A DNA stretch of 61,573 nucleotides from Chloroflexia bacterium. Lineage in GTDB: Bacteria > Chloroflexota > Chloroflexia > QHBQ01 > JAICKM01. Position 1 is the first letter of the stretch. Every line of letters begins with the position of its first letter. The notes beneath the pieces were generated by a model. The model saw only the letters and a list, made by a program, of their open reading frames with translations, had not been told where the DNA came from and did no database searches. Shown here in pieces: positions 37,701-45,170 of the stretch. The stretch lies in the NCBI GenBank assembly GCA_035693165.1, contig DASSGZ010000649.1:1-61573 (forward strand), read 5' to 3'. A program made the translations under genes and the position numbers.

Positions 37701-40700
37701 ATGTTGCGCCGGAAGACGTGCCGGCTCAGGGCGTGCCGGCGAATGATGTTGCGCCGGAAGCGCTGCCCGCCGCAGACGCGGACTTTATAGTCGAACCGGC
37801 CACCCCACCGTCCGCAACGGCTGCCACGTCCGAACCCGGTCCTGCGGCGATGGCCGGCGCGGACCGCGTGACGGAGTCTGCGGCGCAGCTTTCTCCCAGC
37901 GAAGACGAGACGTTTCCGGCCTGGATGAGCGAGACCGGCGCGGCCAGTTTGCCGGTGGTTGTCGCGCCTGATGTGCCGGAAGCCGAAAGCGCCGAATCGG
38001 CGGATCGCGAACCGGCCCCTGCGGCGCCTCCCGCGCCGGTGGCCTCCGCGGAGGCCACCGGGATCGCGGCGTCCGCGCCGGGCGATATGCCGCAACCGGA
38101 GATCGACGCGAGTGCAGCGGCGGAAACCGCGTCGGCACAAGAGGCGGCCCCCGAGACGCCGGCAACGGAAGCGAGTGTGCTGCCGGACTGGCTCACCGAA
38201 GCAGTGAACGTGCAGACGCCGGAGGCGACCGGTGCCCCCACGCCGCTGGCGCTCGATGAAGAAACCCTGTTCGCCGCCGACCACACGCTGGGCGGACAGG
38301 CCGGCGAGATCCCCATCGCCGACGACCTCTTCCCCGCGTGGTTGGAGGCCGGCCCTTCCGGCGCGCTGGACGGCGGCGAACTACCGCCCCCGCTTGCGGC
38401 TCAGGTTCCGCCTGAAACGCCGGTTCGGGAAGACAACTCATTGCCACCGATGGTCGCGGCGGAGGATGCCGCCTTCCCCGCTGGGCAAGATGCTGCGGCA
38501 TCTGCACAACCGGCCGGCTTTGCAGAGGCGGCGGGCACACCGGACACGACGAGCACAGCGCAAGCTGCGGCGCCGGGCCTGGCCGCGGGCAGCGCCGAGC
38601 ACATCCCCGCCCCACCTGACACCAGCAAAGAGGCGGACGCGTTCCCGGCGTGGATGGCCGGCTCGTGGTTTGAGGTCGCGGTCGCCCCGGCGCCCGGCGA
38701 GCCCAGCGCGGAACCGCTGGTGATTGTGCCGGAGAGTGCGATAGAGTCCTCCACGGAACCGGCGCCGCCGGTCGAGGCCGGGGCGAACCTCCCGGCGACC
38801 GAGGCCGCCCAGGCCGCCACGCCGGAGGCAGCAGGTGAGGCCTCGGTCGCCGAAGCGGCAGCAGCGGAGAATGAGCTAATCGGGGCGCCGGGCTTCGTCG
38901 TGGCCGGCGATTCGGCGCCGGTCGTGAGCTACTCCGCCGAGGCCACGCCGGAAGCCGCCGACCCGCTGCACGAGGAGATCCTCGATTGGCCGGCGGCCGC
39001 CGAGGGCAGCCCGGATGCTGCCGAAGCCGATCATCCCACCGAACCGGACCCGACGCCGGAAGAGACCGCCGCGCCACCGGTCCTTGCCGCAGCCGCCGAA
39101 CCGCACGATATGCACCCCAGCGAGTCCGCGCCGGACGCCGCAGCGGCGGCGGACACCGAAAGCGCCGGACTGGTGTCGCCCCATGCGGCCGAAGCCGAGG
39201 GCCCGGCCCTATCCGTACTGGCCGGCCCCGAGCCGGGCGTTGGCGCCCCCTCTACCCCCGGCAGTGCCCCCGCAGATGCCGCCGCTGCGCCGCCGGTAGA
39301 TGCCGCCGCCGGAGAAGCCATCGCGGAAACCGCCGCCCCGGCGCCGGATGCGTCTGCCGGGACAGCGGAATCGAGGCCGGCCCCCGCCCTACTCCCCGCG
39401 TTAGATCATTTTGCCAAAGTGGGCTATAATCATGCCGACGACTCACAGGTTCCAGACGACACGGCAGCACCCGGCCCCCCGCTCACCCCGGCAGGCACGA
39501 CCGGCGCCGATGCCGGACCTGGCGAGCGACCGGCAGCCGTCGAAGCCGGTCACCTGCCCGATGGAGCGGTGGAGCATGGCGCGCCCGCCGCAGGCCAAGC
39601 AGCTTTCGCGACCTCAGAGGAGGACAACATGGCTCCAAGCTACAAGGAAGACGACGATCAAGAGCGCCAGTTCGACTTCGACTGGGATCGCGATGCTCTG
39701 CCCGACTATCTCAAGCCCTTCCTCATGAATGAGACTCCCGGCCAGCCGGGACAACCGCCAGCGCCCGCCGCGCCGGCCGGTCCCACGGCCGGCGCCGCGC
39801 CGCCCGCAGGCCGGCCCATGCCGCCCGCGCCGGGGGCCGGGGGCCCAGGGAGCAACGACTTTAACCTGGATCTGGATAACATTCAGCCGTTTGATTTCGG
39901 GGCCCCGCCCCCGGCGCCGTCGCCCGGCCCCGCCACGCCGATCCGGCCGCTGTCCGCAACCCCGCCGCCAGTGGCCCCACCGCCGCAACAGTCGCCGGGT
40001 GGATTCAACGAGAGCGATTTCGGCGGTGTGCAGCCCTTTAACTTCGGCGCGCCCGCCGGCCCAGGGGGCGGCGATGAGTTCGATTTCGGCAGCGAAGCGC
40101 TGCCATCGTGGTTAGGATCGGGTGGCAACGCCGGCCCCGCGTTCAGTTTCGACACGTCCGCCGGCCCGCAGGCCACCGAGCCGGCGCCGGGGCCTGATTT
40201 AAGCAGTCCGGGGATTCCCGATTGGCTGCGCACCCCGGAAACGGAGACGCCCCAGGCCGCCCGGCCCGGTCCGGCCGCGCCCCCGCCCCCGGCCGCGCCC
40301 GGCGGCGACTTCGACTTTGGCAGCGAGGCGCTGCCGTCCTGGTTGAGCGCGAGCGCCGCGCCGGCCCCGCCCGCCGCGAACGATTTCGGCGATGTGCAGC
40401 CCTTTGACTTCGGTGCCCCCGCGGGCCAGGGCCAGCCCCAGCCCTTCGACTTCGGCGCCCCCGCGGGCGGTCAGGGCCAGCCGCAACCCTTTGACTTCGG
40501 CGCCATGGCCGGCGGCGGCCCGCAGCCGTTTAACTTCGGCGCGCCCGCCACTCCCGAGCGCGGCCCCGCCCCGGCCCCGTCGCAGGAGTTTGACCTGGGC
40601 GGCGTCCAGCCATTTGATTTCGGTGCCCCGGCCACGCCTGCGCCGCCCGCCGCGCAAAGTACACCCGGTGGGCCGGCCCCAGGCGGCGACTTTGACTTTG

Positions 40701-43700
40701 GCGGCATCCAGCCGTTTGATTTCGGCGGCACCGCCGCGCAGGCAGGCGAAAGCGCCGCGCCGCAGGCAGCCGGGGCGCCCGGCGAGTTTGATTTCAGTAT
40801 GGTCGAGTCGTTCGACTTCCGGGGTCCCGGCGCCACGCCGTCCGCGGGCGGCGCCAATGACTTTGATTTCGGGGGCGTCCAGCCGTTTGACTTCGGCGGG
40901 GCACCGGCCGGCGGCGAGATGGCGGGCGATGTGAGCGATGTCGATGACTTTATCGACTTCCTGAGCGTGGGCGCGGGCAACGCCGCGCCTGCCGTGCCCG
41001 CGCCCGACGAGTTCGCCTTCGACCTGGGCGGCGACGTGCAGCCCTTCTCGCTGGAAGGCATGGGGTTGGGCAGCACGCCCGGCGCCCCCAGCCCGGCCTT
41101 CGGCGCGCCCCCCGCGCCCGGCCCGGCCTTCAGCGCCCCGCCCGCGCCCATGGCCGGCGCGCCGGCAGGCGGCGTGCGGCTGCCCGCGGGCCCCGGTCCC
41201 GAGGAGATGGGCAGCCTGGCCGGCGACGAATTCAGCTTCGAGCCGTTCATGTTTGATGCCGCGGGCGGCGCCGCCCCGCCCGCTCCGTCCGCCCCGCCGG
41301 CCTTCAACCAGGCGCCCGCCATGCCCACGTCGCCCTTCAATCCGGGGTCGGCATTTGCGAACCGCGCGCCGGCGGATGTGCCGCCCGGCCTGGAGGATCT
41401 GCCCGATCTCCAGCCCTTCTCGTTCGAGGGCCTGGATGCGACCGGCGATCAGGGCTATGGGTTTGACTCCGGCGCCGGGGGCCAATCCTTTGGCCGGCGC
41501 GCGACCGATCGCGGGGAAACCAGCCGTAGCGGCATGGCCTTCAACCTGGAAGAAGAAACCAACGCCCCCGCCGGGGATGTGCATAGCTTCTCGTGGCAGC
41601 GCCGCAGCACGCCGGCCCGCGAACCGGCCCATGCCCCGGAGGCGCCCGAGACCGCTGGATCTATCTTCGCCAAGGCGCGCAAGCGCAAGGAGGAGCTGGA
41701 ACAAACCCTGCGCCAGGAGGCGGAAGCGCGCGGCGAGGTCTACACGCCCCCGCCGGTGGCCGCGAACCTGCACCCGGAGGAAGCCGCAGAATTGAGTTAC
41801 TGGCCCAATCTGGACGAAGAAGAGGCTGTGGCGAGCGCGCCGGCCCAACCGGCGGTCCAACCCTTTGACTTTACCGCCGTGGCCGGTCCCACGCCCGCCG
41901 ATGTCGCCCAGGATATGGCGAGCCTGCAACTGGCGCCGTTCGAGTTCGAGGAAGAAGGCCCGCCCGCCGCCGGATCGCCGACTATCCAGTTGCCGGAGGA
42001 AAGCGCGCAAGCGAGCGCCCAGGCCCCCGCGGCGCCCCAGTTCGCCGCCGACCAGACAATCCAGGTGCCGTTGCAGGATCAGGCCGGCCTGGAGGCCGGC
42101 GCCCCGGCCATGCCCGAGCCGTTTGCCTTTGAGGCCGCGGAGATCCCTGCCGAAATCCAGCCCTTCTCGTTCGATCTGGGCGCAGAGGCGCAGGCCGCGC
42201 CCGCCGAGGCGCAAGCCGCCTCGCCGCCTGCCGAACCCTTTGCCTTTGAAGCCCCGGAACCCGGCGCCGCCCCGGTTGAACCGTTCGCCTTCGAGGTCCC
42301 GGCCGGCGGTCCCACCGCCGTCCAACCCTTCACTTTCGAAGCCCAGGAAGGCCCGCCGCCGGCTGTCGAACCGTTCACGTTTGAGGTCCAGGAAAGCGCC
42401 GCCGCCACCGCCGAACCTTTTGCCTTTGAGCCGGAGGCCGGCGAGGCTGCGCCTGTCCAGCCCTTCAGTTTCGAGGCCCAGGAAACCGAAGCGGCCGCCG
42501 TCCAGCCCTTCAGTTTCGAGACCCAGGAAAGCGAAGCGGCCGCCATCGAGCCCTTCAGTTTCGAGACCCAGGAAACCGAAGCGGTGGCTGTCCAGCCCTT
42601 CACCTTCGAGGCCCCCGAGGCCGGCGCGCCGGTGGAGCCGTTCGTCTTTGACACCGCCGCTCCGGCGGAATCTGCCGCGCAAGCCGCGCCCGTTACTGCC
42701 GAGGCCCCCGAGGCTGCCGCGCCCGCAGTGGAACCCTTCGCCTTCGATATGACCGAAGCGCCGGAGGCTCCCGCCGTCGAGCCGTTCACCTTCGACATGG
42801 CGGAGAGCGTTGCGCCGCCCACCTTCGAGCCCGCGGAACCGAGTGCCGCGGCGCCGCAGGCGGAAGCCGCCCCGCAGGAAGCCGCAGCGGGCGAATTGCT
42901 CTGGAGTATCCCCGTCGCCGAAGCGGGTAACGCACCCACGGCGGAAGCCACCGCCACCGGCGGCTTCGGCGAGGAAGTGGCGCCCGGCGAATTCGACTTC
43001 AGCGGCCTCCAGCCGTTTGACCTTGGGGCGCTGGACCTCACGCCCGAAGAACGCGCCTACCTCACCGGCGAGGCAGCCGCCGCCGAGGCGGCGCCCGCTG
43101 AGGTAAGTGCGCAGGCGCCCGCCGAACCCGCCGCCGTCGCGGCGCCGGAGGAGCCGGCGGGGATTCCCGAACTCCAGTTGCAGCAGACCGAACCCGCCGG
43201 CCCCATCGAGCCGTTCAGCTTCGATATGACTGAGTTTGAGCCGCCCGCCGCCGAACCGCCCGCGATGGACCTGGGCGGGGTGCCGCCCGCCGAGGCGCCC
43301 GGCTACGAGGCCGGCGCGCCCACGGCCACGGTCGAACCGGTCGAGTTCGGCATGAGCGAGGCGAGCGAAGCCGCCACGGTCGAGCCGTTCGAGTTCGACA
43401 CGGAAGCCGCCGCGCCCGCGCCCGCCGAGCCGTTCCAGTTCGAGCCGTTCCAGTTCGAGCCGGAAGCGCCGCCCGCGCCGGAGCCGGTCGAGATCGAGGC
43501 AGAGGCCACCGAAGACGAAGCGGCGCTACCGTTCAGCTTCGAGGCCTCCGCCGAGCCGGCCGTCACGCACTACGAAACCACGACGCGCACCGGTACCGGG
43601 CCGCTGGCCGCCGAAACCTGGGCGGAAATTCCGGCCGCCGGCGCCTTCGACTTCAGCGGGGTCGAGATGGACCAGGCACCCACCGAACCCGCCGTGGCCG

Positions 43701-44224
43701 AGGCGCCCGAACCCGCCGTCGCCCAGGCGCCTGAACCCGTCGTCGCGCAGGCGCCTGAAGCGCCCGCCGCCGAGGCGCCCGTGGAAACCCCCGCGCCGGT
43801 GCCCCCGGCCCCTGTGGCCGAGGCGCCTGCCCCTAAAGAGGCATCGAAAGAGGCACCGGTGGCCGCCCAACCGGCCCCGGTCCCGGTCGCGCCGCCCGCG
43901 CCGGCGGGGGGCTCCATCGACGACCTGGCCCGCCATCTGCGCGAGAACCCGGACGACACCGCCGGGCGCCTGGCCCTGGCGATCGGCTACGAGCAACGCG
44001 ACGACATCTCGCGCGCCGCCGAGCAATATCGCCTGCTGATCAAGGGCCGCAATGTGCCGGAAAATCTGCTCGACATCGTGACGGGCAACCTGCGCGATCT
44101 GGTCGAGGCCCAGCCCGATAATCCATCCTTACATCGCCTGCTGGGCGACGCCTACATGAAACAGGGCCAGTACCAGATGGCAATCGCCCAGTACAACTGG
44201 TTGCTGACCAAGGGCACACGCTAG
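34724..44224 (+). CDS. Giant (3,166 aa) acidic low-complexity protein with TPR-like N-terminal (~270 aa) and C-terminal (~100 aa) caps; no family recognised
   Basis: Single uninterrupted frame with G/C-rich third positions. TPR-like YIDAYRLLGEAYLELGRPEEAMRFF and LLGDAYMKQGQYQMAIAQY. Start is TTG 34724 or ATG 34730. Confidence 0.85.
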   Translation: MPMADRSLSNITLQDAYSRAQAALEGGDSPRAVAITQHILRYYPQYIDAYRLLGEAYLELGRPEEAMRFFTHVLNADPQNVLAHIGRAIIAEDHHQVDIAIDEYERAFEIDPSITELRGELLRLYAIRYGSAGAAIRTTPSGLAYVHLRAGLRDAAISELGYVAQVRPDRWDVEVALAEALWRNEQLDECAAVAGDILAGHPACVKCKWLLGYLHWSSGRTESGRQYLMDAVALDPAYRIANAVWDATPWPVDRRITRAQTAMVPGWTQEELVGSDLDISVALPPEPPASKEAPAAPGGSRRVTQKFDTRPPLPGESRRVTQKFDTRPPLPGQTSELTPAEEVPAPPAAAAEALEWDSILSSPDAPAPFDLDWLDDWAAAAETTPAAPAQSAHATLEFEAIAPPAAEDSAPPPDTLVVTPAPEAASLAMPVEASEPEAAAGAVAAEVTAPEAPLPLAGAAAATAPEAPLAEVAAAAEPEAALVETDGITEQEATEIAVFPVSPAEAAPAGPPADEAGLPAAEPDGFLAWLSEPATGAPQAEEIEAGPAEDIAEASDAAESPAAQAGMFPAWLDEQPADSGAAPPAEGEDAAVPITESSSAQPSMFPEWMGAPANGVQEAVPAESAAGEATANVVEAAAPAESAADVAAAEPADQAEAGVPAPARHQVVHLFPAWLEEATSDDEDESDLEMLPAWMREAGPLEAGTPAAAAETTADAQVASADAAIPTEHAEEAVPAAPVPADALSLITAEQEAPAILTGEEPVARVAGDQEVPPAISPEEPTPFAAAAQEDGADMMVPAPTEAASADESPLIGEPALPIMEPALAEAEAGAPAQVEIIVAESGAESEPAAVAASDPDAAILPDDLFPAWLEEIERSAATGATEAQAAGATAPETTAEEAAPAMATPPEASTEEAAPVMAAAVPEALPAEEPQAGVPEAMSADDVQASAAPPEAMPAEDAQANEAAPEALPAADIQASTVAPENVPAQGVPANDVAPEDVPAQGVPANDVAPEALPAADADFIVEPATPPSATAATSEPGPAAMAGADRVTESAAQLSPSEDETFPAWMSETGAASLPVVVAPDVPEAESAESADREPAPAAPPAPVASAEATGIAASAPGDMPQPEIDASAAAETASAQEAAPETPATEASVLPDWLTEAVNVQTPEATGAPTPLALDEETLFAADHTLGGQAGEIPIADDLFPAWLEAGPSGALDGGELPPPLAAQVPPETPVREDNSLPPMVAAEDAAFPAGQDAAASAQPAGFAEAAGTPDTTSTAQAAAPGLAAGSAEHIPAPPDTSKEADAFPAWMAGSWFEVAVAPAPGEPSAEPLVIVPESAIESSTEPAPPVEAGANLPATEAAQAATPEAAGEASVAEAAAAENELIGAPGFVVAGDSAPVVSYSAEATPEAADPLHEEILDWPAAAEGSPDAAEADHPTEPDPTPEETAAPPVLAAAAEPHDMHPSESAPDAAAAADTESAGLVSPHAAEAEGPALSVLAGPEPGVGAPSTPGSAPADAAAAPPVDAAAGEAIAETAAPAPDASAGTAESRPAPALLPALDHFAKVGYNHADDSQVPDDTAAPGPPLTPAGTTGADAGPGERPAAVEAGHLPDGAVEHGAPAAGQAAFATSEEDNMAPSYKEDDDQERQFDFDWDRDALPDYLKPFLMNETPGQPGQPPAPAAPAGPTAGAAPPAGRPMPPAPGAGGPGSNDFNLDLDNIQPFDFGAPPPAPSPGPATPIRPLSATPPPVAPPPQQSPGGFNESDFGGVQPFNFGAPAGPGGGDEFDFGSEALPSWLGSGGNAGPAFSFDTSAGPQATEPAPGPDLSSPGIPDWLRTPETETPQAARPGPAAPPPPAAPGGDFDFGSEALPSWLSASAAPAPPAANDFGDVQPFDFGAPAGQGQPQPFDFGAPAGGQGQPQPFDFGAMAGGGPQPFNFGAPATPERGPAPAPSQEFDLGGVQPFDFGAPATPAPPAAQSTPGGPAPGGDFDFGGIQPFDFGGTAAQAGESAAPQAAGAPGEFDFSMVESFDFRGPGATPSAGGANDFDFGGVQPFDFGGAPAGGEMAGDVSDVDDFIDFLSVGAGNAAPAVPAPDEFAFDLGGDVQPFSLEGMGLGSTPGAPSPAFGAPPAPGPAFSAPPAPMAGAPAGGVRLPAGPGPEEMGSLAGDEFSFEPFMFDAAGGAAPPAPSAPPAFNQAPAMPTSPFNPGSAFANRAPADVPPGLEDLPDLQPFSFEGLDATGDQGYGFDSGAGGQSFGRRATDRGETSRSGMAFNLEEETNAPAGDVHSFSWQRRSTPAREPAHAPEAPETAGSIFAKARKRKEELEQTLRQEAEARGEVYTPPPVAANLHPEEAAELSYWPNLDEEEAVASAPAQPAVQPFDFTAVAGPTPADVAQDMASLQLAPFEFEEEGPPAAGSPTIQLPEESAQASAQAPAAPQFAADQTIQVPLQDQAGLEAGAPAMPEPFAFEAAEIPAEIQPFSFDLGAEAQAAPAEAQAASPPAEPFAFEAPEPGAAPVEPFAFEVPAGGPTAVQPFTFEAQEGPPPAVEPFTFEVQESAAATAEPFAFEPEAGEAAPVQPFSFEAQETEAAAVQPFSFETQESEAAAIEPFSFETQETEAVAVQPFTFEAPEAGAPVEPFVFDTAAPAESAAQAAPVTAEAPEAAAPAVEPFAFDMTEAPEAPAVEPFTFDMAESVAPPTFEPAEPSAAAPQAEAAPQEAAAGELLWSIPVAEAGNAPTAEATATGGFGEEVAPGEFDFSGLQPFDLGALDLTPEERAYLTGEAAAAEAAPAEVSAQAPAEPAAVAAPEEPAGIPELQLQQTEPAGPIEPFSFDMTEFEPPAAEPPAMDLGGVPPAEAPGYEAGAPTATVEPVEFGMSEASEAATVEPFEFDTEAAAPAPAEPFQFEPFQFEPEAPPAPEPVEIEAEATEDEAALPFSFEASAEPAVTHYETTTRTGTGPLAAETWAEIPAAGAFDFSGVEMDQAPTEPAVAEAPEPAVAQAPEPVVAQAPEAPAAEAPVETPAPVPPAPVAEAPAPKEASKEAPVAAQPAPVPVAPPAPAGGSIDDLARHLRENPDDTAGRLALAIGYEQRDDISRAAEQYRLLIKGRNVPENLLDIVTGNLRDLVEAQPDNPSLHRLLGDAYMKQGQYQMAIAQYNWLLTKGTR
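35621..35722 (+). repeat. Near-perfect 51-bp tandem duplication inside the giant gene (SRRVTQKFDTRPPLPG x2)
   Basis: The copies start at 35621 and 35672. The 48 nt encoding SRRVTQKFDTRPPLPG are identical and only the trailing codon differs (GAG vs CAG). Confidence 0.95.
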
Positions 44225-44233
44225 GGGACTGTA

Positions 44234-44725
44234 ATGCCTGATCGAACTACCGGCCCCGAGGGCGGCATCGCCGACCTGAGCATGGCCGACATCACCGCCG
44301 TCGACCGGCCCACGCTGGGGCCGGCGGCCGCGGTGGCCGCGTTCCGCGCGATCCGGCTCGGCGCTCTGGGCACCGTGGCCGGGTCGGGCCTGAACGGTGC
44401 CGTCTACCTGGCCGGGCGCCGCTGGGCGCAGAGCCTGACCTTCACCACCCCGGCCGATCTGTTTCGCACGCTGGCCGAACTCCGCCTGGGGGTGCCGCGC
44501 GTCGTGAACCAGAGCGCTGACAGCATCGAAATCGAACTGGCGGAAACTCTGAGCGCCGCGGGCTTGCCCGCCGTGGGCGAGCCGTTGTGCCACTTCGAGG
44601 CCGGGTTTCTGGCGGGCGCGCTGGCTACGCTGACCGGCAAGCGCGTCCAGGTGCGCGAAACGACCTGTTGGGGCACCGGCGGGCACCGGTGCGTCTTTGT
44701 CGCAAAACTCGAACCCCGCACGTGA
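44234..44725 (+). CDS. V4R (4-vinyl-reductase-type) domain protein
   Basis: CHFEAGFLAGALATLTGKRVQVRETTCWGTGGHRCVF Cys pattern. Begins 9 nt after the giant gene, behind AGGGGA. Confidence 0.75.
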   Translation: MPDRTTGPEGGIADLSMADITAVDRPTLGPAAAVAAFRAIRLGALGTVAGSGLNGAVYLAGRRWAQSLTFTTPADLFRTLAELRLGVPRVVNQSADSIEIELAETLSAAGLPAVGEPLCHFEAGFLAGALATLTGKRVQVRETTCWGTGGHRCVFVAKLEPRT

Positions 44726-44772
44726 CCGGGCGGGGTTCCGCTTAATCTGGTAGCCTACGGGAGGGCAACTGA

Positions 44773-45120
44773 GTGAGGAAAATCGTCGAAGATCTGATTC
44801 GCATCGACGGCGTAATCGGCGGCCTGCTGGTGGGCAAAGACGGCCTGGTGGTGTCGAGCACCCTGCTGGAAGATGAAGATGCCGAGGTCCTGGGCGCGAT
44901 GTCCGCCGCCATGTTCGGGACCATCGCCAAGGCCGCCGAGCGGATCGGCGTGGGGGCTCTGCGCGACACGATCATCGAAGCCGCCGAGGGATCGATCCAG
45001 TTAATCGAGGCCGAGGATCTCATCCTTGTCGTGATCACCGAGCGGGGCGTGAACCTGGGTATGATTCGGATCGAGATGCGCAAAGCCGCCAAGCGCGTCC
45101 GTGAAGAAATCCCGATGTAG
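44773..45120 (+). CDS. Roadblock/LC7 (MglB-like) domain protein
   Basis: IDGVIGGLLVGKDGLVVSS...EDLILVVITERGVNLGMIR. GTG start behind GGGAGGG. Confidence 0.82.
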   Translation: MRKIVEDLIRIDGVIGGLLVGKDGLVVSSTLLEDEDAEVLGAMSAAMFGTIAKAAERIGVGALRDTIIEAAEGSIQLIEAEDLILVVITERGVNLGMIRIEMRKAAKRVREEIPM

Positions 45121-45170
45121 CCGGGGCACCGCGCACCATACCTGACCCTACTTGAAGGAGTTTTATCGCT

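Noticed and set aside
34724-44224. Whether the giant gene is the missing SbcC/Rad50 partner of the upstream SbcD.
   Set aside because: I found no Walker A (GxxxxGKS/T), no ABC signature, no CxxC zinc hook, and no long heptad coiled coils. The composition is Ala/Pro/Glu-rich and disordered rather than coiled-coil.
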